Numbered from the stretch's first letter, positions 8,810-18,697 are shown. The stretch is 64,000 bases of DNA from Planctomycetota bacterium (GCA_038060895.1 JBBTCT010000007.1:210889-274888); one strand, 5' to 3'. Translations and numbers: made by a program. Notes: generated by a model not told the origin, from the sequence alone.

Positions 8810-9700
8810 ATGACCACCCATCGACTCGCACGCTTGTTCCTCATTCTCATGGCAACGCTCTCTTCAGCCCCTGCCCGCGCCCAGGAGGCGCCCGACCGTG
8901 AGCAGCTCGAGCTGCAGGTGAAGCAACTCGCCGACGAGGATCCCGCGAAGCGCGATCAGGCGGAATCGGCCCTCGAGAAGGCGGGGGACCTTGCGGAAGC
9001 TCCTCTCCGGGCCGCCCTGGCGGGTGAAGCGGGTCGCGGCGCGGAGGCGACAGCCCGGGCGAAGCGGCTGCTCGCCCGGATCGATGCGCGGAGGCGTTCC
9101 CGAAAACTCGCCGCGAGGTGGGGCACTCGCTGGTTCAAGATTGGCAAGGGCGAGGAAACGATCGGCGTGCTTCGCCTTGAAACCCGGATCGAGAATGAAG
9201 AGATCGTCTGCGATGACACTTACGAGTACTTCGGCAATCCTGGAAACCGCGTCGTCACGCGCCTCGCGGGCGACGGCACGATGGCTTTCAGGTCCTTCGA
9301 GGTGACGGAGGGGGACGACAAGGAGGCGAAGGTCACGAAGTTCGACGCGAAACTCCACGGGGCGGACGCCATGGCGGGGGGATTCGCGGCCATGCGCTTT
9401 GCCGCCATGCTTCCCATGGAAGCCGGGTTCGAGCACGCCGCGCCGTTTATCAGCCCCTGGAGCTCTTCCCTGAAAATTTCGTCGACGATCACGTGCGTCG
9501 GGGAACGCGACGGCGCCATCCTGTTCCGCAGCACGACGCAATCGGCCGAATTCACAGGCACGACAGAATTCAGGATGGACGCGGACGGCGTGATGCTGTC
9601 CTACCGGTCCTTGCCGACTCCCGACGGAGAGGAATCAGCACGGGGGGAGCCCTGCACGGAAAAAGAAGCCGCCGCCGCGCGGGCTGCGGCCGAGAAGTAG
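8810..9700 (+). CDS. Hypothetical secreted protein with an N-terminal HEAT-like helix pair
   Basis: Signal peptide ending ARA-Q; LVKQLADEDPAKRDQAESALEKAG-type HEAT unit; TATCAT 7 nt upstream of ATG 8810. Confidence 0.7.
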   Translation: MTTHRLARLFLILMATLSSAPARAQEAPDREQLELQVKQLADEDPAKRDQAESALEKAGDLAEAPLRAALAGEAGRGAEATARAKRLLARIDARRRSRKLAARWGTRWFKIGKGEETIGVLRLETRIENEEIVCDDTYEYFGNPGNRVVTRLAGDGTMAFRSFEVTEGDDKEAKVTKFDAKLHGADAMAGGFAAMRFAAMLPMEAGFEHAAPFISPWSSSLKISSTITCVGERDGAILFRSTTQSAEFTGTTEFRMDADGVMLSYRSLPTPDGEESARGEPCTEKEAAAARAAAEK

Positions 9701-9806
9701 GGACCTGGGCCGCGGCCCTTCACCAGGCGCCGGATGAAGCGGCTGTCGTCCACCCCCTCGCCGCGATCTCCTCTCTAGCACCAGAGAACGGCTCACAGCC
9801 CGCGCT

Positions 9807-10075
9807 TCAATCCCCCTCGCTATCCTCGAACGGCCGCACTCGCGCCTTCAGGCACGCTTCGCGCATCGCATTGTCCAGGTAAGAGAGAGAAGCCCTGTCG
9901 TGCAGGGCTCGAAGAATCCGCGCGCCCCGGATTCCCTCCCCGCGCCGATCGCCGATTTCGCGATGGATGGAGAGGGCCCGCTCCCAGGTCCGTTCCGCCT
10001 CCTCGTGGCGCCCCGTCTGCAGGTACACATTTGCCAGGTTGCTCAGGACGGATGCTTCGATTCCGACGGACTGAC
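9807..10075 (-). pseudogene. Remnant of a tetratricopeptide-repeat protein
   Basis: Frame reads GIEASVLSNLANVYLQTGRHEEAERTWERALSIHREIGDRRGEGI (one TPR unit) then a short tail; no plausible full gene. Confidence 0.6.
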
Positions 10076-10077
10076 GA

Positions 10078-10719
10078 TCAGGGCCGCGCGAAGCAGACGA
10101 TCTCGTGCTTCTCGCGGTAGCTGGTCCAGAAGTCCTTGCCGTCGAACGCGAGACCGCGCGCCGGGAAGGGGATGCGCGCCAGGTCCGTCGTCGCTCCCGT
10201 CACGGGGTCGATGCGCGTGAGCAGGTATTCGTTCGACTCCTCGACGTCCGTGGAGACGACGTGGATCACGCCGTCCACAATCACCTGCCCGCAGATCTGG
10301 TGGGGCACGTCGTACGAGCGGAGGATCGTCCCGTCGGCCGCGAGCGCGAGGACCCGCTGCCGGTGCCACTGGTTGAGGTGGAGGTTCTTCCCGTCCCACC
10401 CGAGCTGCGAGCCTGAAGAAGCGGGGCACGTGATGGCGAACGCCGGGTCGAACCCGGTCGCCGGGACGAATCTCCGGATGCTCCGGTCGTCGTCCTCGCC
10501 CTGGCCGCAGACGAGCCGCAGCTCCGGGCCGATGCACGTCAGCCCCCACGGCTTCCCCGGCGTCGGCCAGTCGCGCCGCACGGACCACGTCGCGCGATCG
10601 ATCTCGTAGAGGCGCTCCGTCCCGAGCGAGCCCATCCAGAGCGTCGGGCCGTCGAAGACGATGCACTGGGGTCGCGGGGCGGGGGAAGCGAGGCGGCGGA
10701 GTTCGGTGATCTGGTTCAT
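10078..10719 (-). CDS. Small beta-propeller protein (glutamine cyclotransferase-like fold)
   Basis: Repeated blades FDGPTLW, PWGLT, LGWDGKNL and RGLAFDGKDFW; TACCAT 7 nt upstream of ATG 10719. Confidence 0.7.
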   Translation of the reverse strand: MNQITELRRLASPAPRPQCIVFDGPTLWMGSLGTERLYEIDRATWSVRRDWPTPGKPWGLTCIGPELRLVCGQGEDDDRSIRRFVPATGFDPAFAITCPASSGSQLGWDGKNLHLNQWHRQRVLALAADGTILRSYDVPHQICGQVIVDGVIHVVSTDVEESNEYLLTRIDPVTGATTDLARIPFPARGLAFDGKDFWTSYREKHEIVCFARP

Positions 10720-10763
10720 GATCGCCATGGTACTCGGACGGTTAACCAGCCTCGGACGAGTGA

Positions 10764-10965
10764 CTATTCCGCGACAAGCGCGTATAGATGCGGATTGCTA
10801 TTGAAGTGGCGTTCGAACTGAGAAACTAGCGTGGCGTCGTCAGGCACGAGGTAACCGTACTCATCAAGGGCGGCGTCTCCCGATCCGGGAGACTTTCCGC
10901 TGGCGAAACAGGCCCGATTCCACACGGCACTCGCCTCAGTTAGCTCCAGGACGACCTCCTCGCTG
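10764..10965 (-). pseudogene. Probable remnant of a small hypothetical protein
   Basis: Open frame EEVVLELTEASAVWNRACFASGKSPGSGDAALDEYGYLVPDDATLVSQFERHFNSNPHLYALVAE* with no clear start codon; visibly more AT-rich than its neighbours. Confidence 0.4.
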
Positions 10966-10979
10966 CTGCAGCGTCCCCC

Positions 10980-12053
10980 CTACAGCTTCCTCAACTCCTC
11001 GCTCATCACCCCGAGGCATTCCTTCAACTCCGGCACCGTGCAGTCCGCCATGTGCGCGACGCGGAAAGCGTCCTGTTTCAACTTGCCGTAGCCTTCGCTG
11101 ATGATGAAGCCGCGGTCGGCGACCTTCTTGACCCACTTCACGATGTCGACTTTCTTCGTGTTGGCGGCGCAGGTCAGCGTCACGGACTCGAAGCCCTTGG
11201 GGGCGAACTTCTCGAAGCCGTGCTCGGCGATCCAGTTCCAGCAAGTGTCGCGGAGGTCCATGTGCCTCTTGAAGCGCGCGTCGAGGCCTTCCTTGAAGAA
11301 CTTGTCGAGCTGGTGCTTGAGGCCGTAGATGAGAGAGACGTTGGGCGTGCAGGGGGTCATGTTCTTCTCGGCGAACGACTTCATCTCGACGAAATCGAAG
11401 TAGTAGCCGCGGTCGGGGAGCTGCTTGGCGCGGTCCATGGCTTTCTGCGAACAGGTGCAGATCGTGAGACCGGGCGGAAGGCCGAACGCCTTCTGCGTCC
11501 CGGCGAGGATGACGTCAATGCCGAGGCGGTCGACGTCGATCTTCACGCCGGCCATCGAGCTCACCGCGTCGACGACAAAGACGACGTCGGGGTACTTCTT
11601 CATCATGTCGGCGATTTCCTCGATCGGGTTCATCGTCCCGGTCGAAGTTTCGTTGTGCACGAGCAGCACGCAGTCGTACTCCCCCGTCTTCAGATGCTTC
11701 TCGATCGTCTCCGCGCGAACCGCCTGGCCCCACTCGACCTGCGCCTTGGCCGTCTTCTTCCCGTTCTGGACTGCGATCTGGTACCAGCGGTCGCTGAACG
11801 CCCCCAGCATCCCGACCACGGCGCCCTTCTTCGCGCAGTTCCGGGCGGCCGCTTCCATCGCGCCGGTGGAACTGCACGTGAAGAGGAACACGTCGTTCTT
11901 CGTGGCGAGCATCTGTTTGAGCGGTGGGATGCACGAGCCGTGGAGCTCGGCGTATTCGGCGACGCGGTGCCCGATCATCGGCGTCGCACAGGCATGAAGG
12001 GTGTCCGGCGCGACTTCGACGGGGCCGGGGATGAAGAGCTTCTTGTGTGCCAT
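10980..12053 (-). CDS. Class V PLP aminotransferase (alanine-glyoxylate / serine-pyruvate family)
   Basis: Motifs LFIPGPVEV, SSTGAMEAA, VHNETSTG, VDAVSS, GTQKAFGLPPG and FRVAHM. Confidence 0.92.
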   Translation of the reverse strand: MAHKKLFIPGPVEVAPDTLHACATPMIGHRVAEYAELHGSCIPPLKQMLATKNDVFLFTCSSTGAMEAAARNCAKKGAVVGMLGAFSDRWYQIAVQNGKKTAKAQVEWGQAVRAETIEKHLKTGEYDCVLLVHNETSTGTMNPIEEIADMMKKYPDVVFVVDAVSSMAGVKIDVDRLGIDVILAGTQKAFGLPPGLTICTCSQKAMDRAKQLPDRGYYFDFVEMKSFAEKNMTPCTPNVSLIYGLKHQLDKFFKEGLDARFKRHMDLRDTCWNWIAEHGFEKFAPKGFESVTLTCAANTKKVDIVKWVKKVADRGFIISEGYGKLKQDAFRVAHMADCTVPELKECLGVMSEELRKL

Positions 12054-12059
12054 GGTGGC

Positions 12060-13373
12060 CTACCTCGCGAAGGAGACGCGGTTCATGATAAATCCCGTGA
12101 GGAGCTTCGGGTAGAAGTCCGTGGACTTCTGCGGCATGCGCTCCCCTTTTTCGCTGATCACCTTGACTTCGGAGAGTCTGGTCGGATTCAGGAGGAAGGC
12201 GGCCTGGGCTTTGGGAAGCGCGGCCCAGACTTCGTCGGCGTGGCGCGCGTAGGAGACGTGCTGCTCCTTCTCGACCATTTCGGGCGTGATGCCGAGCGCG
12301 CGGTCGAGGAGCAGCGAGTGCAGGATCGCGACGTCGAGCTTCTTCCACTCGGGAGCGCGCTTCTCCTTGATCTCGGTCTCCGCCAGGTTCTCGTCCTTGA
12401 GCGTGAGGAGCCACAGCCCGCCCGCGGGGGTCGCGAAGCCAAAGCAGTGCTTCACCTGCCCCTCGATGCGCAGGTCCTCGACGAGCTCGCGGCGCTGGGC
12501 GTCGGACGCGGGGCCGTAGTCCTTCGCGTCGAAGTGCGGCGCTATTTTCTTGAGGAAGTCCTTCGCGTCGAAGTGGGCCAGGCCGCTGACGAGCCGGTGC
12601 GTCGGGAAGATCACCATTCCGGGATCTTCCATGTTGATGAACGTCATCATGCGGCGGTCGTACGTCTCTTCGCCGTCGCACTTGAGCCCCTGCTTCGCGC
12701 ATTCCGCGCGGTACTGGAGCGCGACTTCGTACCGGTGATGCCCGTCCGCGATGAAGATGTCGCGCTTCGCGAGATCCGCCTGCACCGCCGCGATCGCCTT
12801 CGGGTCGGTCACGCGCCACGCGCGGTGCACTTCGCCGTAGTCGTCCTTCGCCTCGAGCGTCGGCGGCCCCTTTGTAAATGGGTCCAGCGCCGCGTTCGCC
12901 GCGTTCTTCGGGTCGCTGTACAGCATGAAAATGTGCCCTTCCGTCAGCCCGCGCGTCGCGTTCATCAGCGCGAAGCGGTCCTTCCTCGGCGCCGCGAGCG
13001 TCTTCTCGTGCGCGTGCACCCCGCCCTTGCCGAATTCCGCCAGCTCGCCAATCGCGACGAACCCCTTGCGCGTCCGCGTCTCGCCGTTGAACTGGAACAC
13101 CTGGTGCGAGATCCACACCGCCGGTTCGTTCTCGCGCACGATCGTCCCGTCCGCAAGCCACGCCTCCAGCGTCTTCCCCGCCTCGGCGTACTTGTCCTTC
13201 CCCGCCTCGTCCTTCGTCTTCGCGATCCGCACGATGTGCTTCGGGTGCCGCGCGTAGTACTCCGACCGCTTCGCGTCGTTGATCTTGTCGTACGGCTGGC
13301 TCACCACGCTGTCGAGCGAGCCGACCTTGGCGACGTCAAAGTGCAGGGCTCGGAACGGGAAGACGCGGGGCAT
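12060..13373 (-). CDS. DUF1015 family protein
   Basis: Motifs PFRAL, PYDKI, HEKTL, FIADGHHRYE, IFPTHR and MPQKSTDFYPKLLTG. Confidence 0.92.
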   Translation of the reverse strand: MPRVFPFRALHFDVAKVGSLDSVVSQPYDKINDAKRSEYYARHPKHIVRIAKTKDEAGKDKYAEAGKTLEAWLADGTIVRENEPAVWISHQVFQFNGETRTRKGFVAIGELAEFGKGGVHAHEKTLAAPRKDRFALMNATRGLTEGHIFMLYSDPKNAANAALDPFTKGPPTLEAKDDYGEVHRAWRVTDPKAIAAVQADLAKRDIFIADGHHRYEVALQYRAECAKQGLKCDGEETYDRRMMTFINMEDPGMVIFPTHRLVSGLAHFDAKDFLKKIAPHFDAKDYGPASDAQRRELVEDLRIEGQVKHCFGFATPAGGLWLLTLKDENLAETEIKEKRAPEWKKLDVAILHSLLLDRALGITPEMVEKEQHVSYARHADEVWAALPKAQAAFLLNPTRLSEVKVISEKGERMPQKSTDFYPKLLTGFIMNRVSFAR

Positions 13374-13403
13374 CGGGGCTCCGGGGGATCTCGAGGAGGG
13401 GTG

Positions 13404-13431
13404 ATTGTGTCGAAGGGGGCGGGGGTGTCAA
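13404..13431 (-). promoter_or_regulatory. Sigma70-type promoter for the DUF1015-aminotransferase operon
   Basis: TTGACA-N16-CACAAT on the minus strand, about 30 nt upstream of ATG 13373. Confidence 0.55.
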
Positions 13432-13538
13432 TGCGCGGATGAACCGCCCCGGCAGATCCGTGTCACTTCCACCGTCCCCCCGTTCGCCAGCCATCGGTCA
13501 ACGGCATTCCCTCGCCCAGCGCGCCGAGCGGGTCGGGA

Positions 13539-15104
13539 TCAATGCCTGAAGTGCCGCATCCCCGTGATCACCATCGGCACCCCGGCCTTCTTCGCGACCT
13601 CGATCACGACGTCGTCCCGCATCGATCCGCCCGGCTGGATGACGCTGGTCACGCCGGCCTGAAGCGCGAGCTCCAGCGCATCGGGGAACGGGAAGAAGGC
13701 ATCGCTCGCACAAGCCGCGCCCTTCGCGCGATCTCCGGCCTTCCAGCACGCGATGCGCGCGCTGTCCACTCGAGACATCTGCCCGGCGCCGACGCCGACG
13801 ACCATGCGGTCCTTTGCGAAGACGATGGCGTTGGACTTCACGTGCTTGCAGACGGTCCAGGCGAACTCAAGGTCGGCCCACTGGGCGTCGGTCGGCTTGC
13901 CGCACGGGTACTGGACTTCCGGTGACATAAGCGCGTCGTCCTTGGTCTGGAGGAGCGCGCCGCCGGTCACGGGACGGACGTCCACTCGCACCTGCCCGCC
14001 CGACTTCGTGATGTCCCCCGTCTCCATCAGCCGCACGTTCTTGCCCCACTTGGCGCCGGTCTGAAGCTGCTTCAGCGCGTCCGGCGCGAAGCTCGGCGCG
14101 ACGATTGCCTCGAAGAACTGGTTCGGCGCGGTCATCGCCTTCGCCGCGGCCATGTCCACCGGGCGGTTGCACGCGACAATCCCGCCGAACGCGCTCACGG
14201 AATCGCCCTGCACGGCCTTGCCGAAGGCATCTTCAAGTGAAGCGCCCATCGCGCAGCCGCAGGGATTGTTGTGCTTGATGACGGCGACGGCGGGGGCGTC
14301 GGTGAATTCCCGGACGAGCTCGAGGGCGGCGTCGCAGTCGAGGATGTTGTTGAAGGAGAGTTCCTTGCCTGAAAGCTGGCGGGCGACACCGATGCCGGAC
14401 TTCGCCGATGGGTCCCGGTAGAACGCGGCCTTCTGGTGCGGGTTTTCGCCGTACCTCAGGTCCTCAACCTTGGTCCACGACGCGGCTAGCGTCTTCGGGA
14501 AGGTTTCGGCGCCGTCCTGCCGGGCGAGCCAGGCCGAGATCGCCGCGTCGTACGCCGCCGTGCGCGAGAACGCCTCCTTCGCGAGGCGGAAGCGCATGTC
14601 CCGGGGCACTTCCCCGCCCGATTTCTTCATCGCCTCGGCCACTTCGGCATACTGCGCGGGGCTCGTCACGACGGCGACGTGCTCCCAGTTTTTCGACGCC
14701 GAACGGATCATCGCGGGGCCGCCGATGTCGATGTTCTCGATCGCGTCTTCGAGGGTGACGCCGGACTTCGCGACCGTTTCTTCGAAGCGGTACAGGTTGA
14801 CGCACACGAGGTCGATGGTCCCGAATCTCTGTGCGGCCATCTGCTCGACGTGCTTCGGGTCGTCGCGCCGGGCGAGGATACCGCCGTGGACCTTGGGATG
14901 CAGGGTCTTGACGCGTCCGCCCAGGATCTCGGGCTGGCCGGTGTAGTCGGCAATCTCGACGACCTTGATGCCGCCGTCGGCCAGCACCTTCGCGGTGCCG
15001 CCGGTCGAGAGAAGCTCGACGCCCAGGGACACCAGCGTCTTCGCGAAATCGAGAAGGCCGGACTTGTCGGTGACGCTGAGGATCGCGCGCTGAACTTTTG
15101 CCAT
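13539..15104 (-). CDS. purH: Bifunctional AICAR transformylase / IMP cyclohydrolase
   Basis: Motifs RAILSVTDKSG, STGGTA, GRVKTLHPKVHGGILA, DIGGPAMIRSASKN, LRYGENPHQ, KHNNPCG and SDAFFPF. Start could also be 15113. Confidence 0.97.
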   Translation of the reverse strand: MAKVQRAILSVTDKSGLLDFAKTLVSLGVELLSTGGTAKVLADGGIKVVEIADYTGQPEILGGRVKTLHPKVHGGILARRDDPKHVEQMAAQRFGTIDLVCVNLYRFEETVAKSGVTLEDAIENIDIGGPAMIRSASKNWEHVAVVTSPAQYAEVAEAMKKSGGEVPRDMRFRLAKEAFSRTAAYDAAISAWLARQDGAETFPKTLAASWTKVEDLRYGENPHQKAAFYRDPSAKSGIGVARQLSGKELSFNNILDCDAALELVREFTDAPAVAVIKHNNPCGCAMGASLEDAFGKAVQGDSVSAFGGIVACNRPVDMAAAKAMTAPNQFFEAIVAPSFAPDALKQLQTGAKWGKNVRLMETGDITKSGGQVRVDVRPVTGGALLQTKDDALMSPEVQYPCGKPTDAQWADLEFAWTVCKHVKSNAIVFAKDRMVVGVGAGQMSRVDSARIACWKAGDRAKGAACASDAFFPFPDALELALQAGVTSVIQPGGSMRDDVVIEVAKKAGVPMVITGMRHFRH

Positions 15105-15201
15105 CGGTGCCATTCCTTTCCTGCTCCCGCGTTGCGACGGAGCGCGCGGATTGAAATTCACCGCGGCGATTTCGGGAAAGGAAATGCGGAAGGCGTCCCT
15201 T

Positions 15202-15786
15202 CTAATCCACGCGGAACGTCACTTCCCCCTCGATCTTCGTCTTCTCCTTGTCCCCGCGCTTGATGGTCAGGACCATCACGTACTCCCCCTTCTTCAGCAT
15301 CGCCTTCACCGTCGCGACTTTCTTCTCCCCGCCGATCGACGCGTCCTGGATCTTTCCTTCATCGTCCGAAACGAATTCGCCGTCCTTCGAGGAGCCGTGG
15401 GACAGCTTCGCCTGGGCGCCTGCGACGTCCGTCACGCGCACCTCGTCCGGCTTCGCGTCCTTGTCCACCACAATCTGGAACACCTCGATGTCCAGCGCCG
15501 CTTCCGATCCGCCCTTGACGGTCCCTTTCACGGCACGGACCACGATCTTGTAGTCTCCGACCATCTTTCCGCAGGTCAGCCGGTCCTTTTCGCAGTAGGG
15601 ACACGACTTCTCGGTATCCGCCGTCTGGGTCCAGTTGTCCTTCGCGCACGGGCACCAGTACACCGTTACCTGGTCCGTGCCCAGGATCTCGCGGTTGTCG
15701 GGTTTGACTTTTTCGTCGGCCGAGGTGGGAAGGGTTGCCGCCAGGGCGGCAACGGCCAGGGCGAAGCGCAGGAAATGGCGGGGCAT
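15202..15786 (-). CDS. Hypothetical secreted protein with Cys cluster
   Basis: Signal peptide, YWCPC-x14-CPYC-x6-CG motif, then a beta-rich C-terminus. Confidence 0.7.
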   Translation of the reverse strand: MPRHFLRFALAVAALAATLPTSADEKVKPDNREILGTDQVTVYWCPCAKDNWTQTADTEKSCPYCEKDRLTCGKMVGDYKIVVRAVKGTVKGGSEAALDIEVFQIVVDKDAKPDEVRVTDVAGAQAKLSHGSSKDGEFVSDDEGKIQDASIGGEKKVATVKAMLKKGEYVMVLTIKRGDKEKTKIEGEVTFRVD

Positions 15787-15819
15787 GGAAGGCTCCTTGC
15801 GAAGTGAAGGTTCCTGATT

Positions 15820-17730
15820 CTACCGTTTCTCGGTCAGCATGGACTCCAACGCCGCTTCAGCGACGTAAATTTCGTCGTTCTGGGCCATCGACAGAAGATT
15901 GATCCGTCTCTCGCGCGAGCGGTTGCGGCCGATGGCGTCGGCGGCGCGATAACGCACCAGCATGGAAGGGTCTTTCAGGACGTATTCGCCGAGGGCCATG
16001 AAGGCGTCGTGGGAGCCGGCCGCTCCCAGGGCGTCCATGGCGAGTGCCCGGACTCCGGTTTCCGGGTGGGTGGCCGCGACTTTCAGGTCCGGGAGGGCCT
16101 TGGCGGCTGCGGCATCGAGCTCGTACCAGCGGGCGGTGTTCAGAGTCGCACCCTTGCGAATCGACTCGAACTCCTCGGCTTGCTGGCGGAGTTGTCTCTG
16201 CAGTTCTCCTTCGGCGGTCGCGACCTTGAACACTGTTCCGGCCAGCATTGCGAAGCCCGCAAACGCAAGCGCGCCTGCCGCACGCCGTAGTCCCCGGCCG
16301 CGCAGAAAGACGACGCCCGCGGCGACCCAGAGACCGTAGCTGCCGAGGAGCACGGCCGGACCGAGGAATACGACTAGCGAATTAGCCAGTCTCGCCACGT
16401 CGCGCAGGGAATGGCGGCGGTCGGCGCGCGCGTTGGCGGCGTTCAGGGCGGCGTTGAAGATGTTCACGCGCGCGTCGCCGCTCTTTGCAAGCGCCTCGGC
16501 CTGCATGAACTGGCCGCTCGACGCTTCCGGAAATATTTTCTCGAGTTCCCCGCGCGACATCGCCATGAATTCCAGCGACCGCATCGGGTCCGACGCCTTC
16601 AGCTCCCGGGCCGCCTCGAGGACCCACGGGCCGCCGTCCTCGTTGTAGACGAGCAGGGTATAGCCCCGGCCGCGCGCGAGTTTCAGGAAGTCTTCCTTGT
16701 TCTGCGCCATGGCGCCCGCGAACCGGTATTCGGTCACCGGAAATCCGCGGGGGATCGGCCCGGCAAACAGCAGCGTATTGCGCGTGTTCAGCTCCGGCGG
16801 ACGGAGCGCGAATGAGGAAAGCGCCGTGTGGCGATAGTAAAACGTGGCGAGCGTCTCGCCGGCCCTCGTCCCGTAGAGCGCGCGGTCGCGGATGCCGCGG
16901 TAGACGTCGCTTCCGCTCAGCAATGTCGCGGGGACCCCGGCCGAAAGGACCACGGCGGCCACGCCGATCGCCCAGCGCTTGCCGTGCGCGGGGGCGCGGC
17001 CGCTGGCGAGTAGAGCGCGAAATCCGGCGTAGACGGCCCACGCGGTGAGCGGAGCGAGTACGCCGGCCACGAGCCCCGGCACCGCGACGCCCGGCGAGAC
17101 AAGCGCCATCGGGAAAACGATGCACGCGGTGAGCAGCGCGGGAAGATTCCAGCGCGACACGCCGGGGAGCAGTTCTCCCAGCGCAAACACGAGGCAGAGC
17201 GGAATCGCCACGAAAAACGCCAGCGCCGCCGCGGGTATGAACGCCGCCTGCGCCACCGGCGCCTCACGAACCCGCGCCGCCGTCGGTGCCCGCGAAGTCT
17301 CCAACCGTTCCTCGAAGAGCGCCTGCTTCTTCTCCCACTCCAGTTTCGCGTCGCGACACAGCGGCACCGTGAAAATGAACAGCACGGCAGTCGCCAGCAC
17401 CCAGGCGAGCACCCCGCTCACCGCCGCCCGCGCCAGCGCCGTGAGCCCGGACCCGGGGATGCCCTTCCCCTGCAAGTCGTCAAGACGGGCTTCCAGGAAG
17501 CGTCGGCTTGCGGGCGACGGGCCGAACGCCGTGGCGTCCCAGGTCCCCTTTCCTTCCGCCCAACGCGCCATGATTTCGTGTTTCCGCACGTCGGGGTGGA
17601 ACGCACCGGCCGCGCCCCGCCGGAACACCAGTGGCGACGGCTCTTCGTAGCCCAGCCGAAGCGCCGACTCGCGGGCTGCTTTCTCCCAGGCGTCACGGTC
17701 GGGCGCGGGCTCTTCGCGAATGGCCTTCAA
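15820..17730 (-). CDS. Multi-pass membrane protein with C-terminal HEAT repeats
   Basis: Several hydrophobic segments; HEAT units HPETGVRALAMDALG and DPSMLVRYRAADAIG. Confidence 0.7.
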   Translation of the reverse strand: MKAIREEPAPDRDAWEKAARESALRLGYEEPSPLVFRRGAAGAFHPDVRKHEIMARWAEGKGTWDATAFGPSPASRRFLEARLDDLQGKGIPGSGLTALARAAVSGVLAWVLATAVLFIFTVPLCRDAKLEWEKKQALFEERLETSRAPTAARVREAPVAQAAFIPAAALAFFVAIPLCLVFALGELLPGVSRWNLPALLTACIVFPMALVSPGVAVPGLVAGVLAPLTAWAVYAGFRALLASGRAPAHGKRWAIGVAAVVLSAGVPATLLSGSDVYRGIRDRALYGTRAGETLATFYYRHTALSSFALRPPELNTRNTLLFAGPIPRGFPVTEYRFAGAMAQNKEDFLKLARGRGYTLLVYNEDGGPWVLEAARELKASDPMRSLEFMAMSRGELEKIFPEASSGQFMQAEALAKSGDARVNIFNAALNAANARADRRHSLRDVARLANSLVVFLGPAVLLGSYGLWVAAGVVFLRGRGLRRAAGALAFAGFAMLAGTVFKVATAEGELQRQLRQQAEEFESIRKGATLNTARWYELDAAAAKALPDLKVAATHPETGVRALAMDALGAAGSHDAFMALGEYVLKDPSMLVRYRAADAIGRNRSRERRINLLSMAQNDEIYVAEAALESMLTEKR

Positions 17731-17734
17731 GGTT

Positions 17735-18697
17735 CTATTGGCGGTGGCTGAGAATCATGTACAGGATGAATGCGACGATCCCGCCGACCACGGCGAGAAC
17801 CGCGATGAGGACCACCAGCTTGTCGTACTTTCCGACCGGGTGCTCCCCCTTCACGATCTGCCCCGTGAACCCGTTCACGAGCAGGCGGTAGTTTTTCCCC
17901 TCGTAGGTGTACTGCCAGATCCAGAGGGGAAGGTGCACGAGGTGCGTCCCGTCGATCGAGATCTGCGTATCGCAGTCGGTCAGCGTCGAGACGCGGCCGT
18001 CGGCGATGGCGCGGTTGTAGCGCACCAGCTGTCCGCGCGCTTCTTCTTCGGCCTGCTGCTGATTGATCTGGCCGTTCTTGATCGACATCTTCTCGGGAAT
18101 CTCCTTCACGTTGAACTTCGTCGCGCCCTGCAGAAGGTTGACGCCCGTTGAGTTTTCGTTTCCCAGCCCGAAGCTCAGGAAGAATCCGCCCCAGTCCGCG
18201 GCCGTCTTGAGCGCGCCGGGATTGAGCGCATCGATCCCGAACCACTCCTCCCCGCGCCGCGCGTACACCGACCAGTTGTGGGTGTTCTCAAAATTCCCGC
18301 TCGCCGGTTCCCAGTACGTCTCCGTCCGCGAGTTCTTCCCGAACCCGACGGTGCGCGTCCTCCGGTTCTGGCCGCTCCACTGCGTGAAGCTGCGGCAGGC
18401 GACGACCCAGAACGGGAGAACGATCCCGTCGCGCCCCTGGAACGCCGCGCGCTCGGGGAGATCCTTGGGCTTGAAGAAGCCCTCGCCCATCCACTTCTTG
18501 ATCGTGGCGGTCATCACGTTTTCGTCGGCCTTGGGAACGAGGCAGAAGTGCTTTTCCACGGCGACGATGTTTCCCATGCCGGCAAGCATGACGGTCGAAC
18601 CGCAGTACCCGCAGGTGAGAGTCGCCTCGCCGGAGAGGTAGTCGACGGGGGCGCCGCAGGATTTGCATTGGAGTTGCTGGCGGACGGCATCGGTCAC
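17735..18697 (-). CDS. Zinc-ribbon domain protein with C-terminal membrane anchor
   Basis: CKSCGAP...CGYCGS, LPFWV, HLPLWIWQYTYEGKNYRLLVNGFTG and a terminal TM helix; GGAG RBS before GTG 18697. Confidence 0.8.
   Translation of the reverse strand: MTDAVRQQLQCKSCGAPVDYLSGEATLTCGYCGSTVMLAGMGNIVAVEKHFCLVPKADENVMTATIKKWMGEGFFKPKDLPERAAFQGRDGIVLPFWVVACRSFTQWSGQNRRTRTVGFGKNSRTETYWEPASGNFENTHNWSVYARRGEEWFGIDALNPGALKTAADWGGFFLSFGLGNENSTGVNLLQGATKFNVKEIPEKMSIKNGQINQQQAEEEARGQLVRYNRAIADGRVSTLTDCDTQISIDGTHLVHLPLWIWQYTYEGKNYRLLVNGFTGQIVKGEHPVGKYDKLVVLIAVLAVVGGIVAFILYMILSHRQ

Noticed and set aside
10770-10960. Possible ncRNA suggested by the GTCTCCCG-ATC-CGGGAGAC hairpin
   Set aside because: No known RNA family recognised; an open, protein-like frame on the minus strand explains the region better.
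11052-13442. Long plus-strand ORF (796 aa) and similar long antisense ORFs (909-2207, 20561-22459, 22690-24840, 38559-40280, 47297-49795, 59992-62814)
   Set aside because: Shadow frames of well-supported opposite-strand genes, expected in high-GC DNA; no recognisable motifs.
15105-15200. Possible ZTP (pfl) riboswitch upstream of purH
   Set aside because: I could not find the conserved GACUGGCG...GCCUGGGC-type elements in this short leader.
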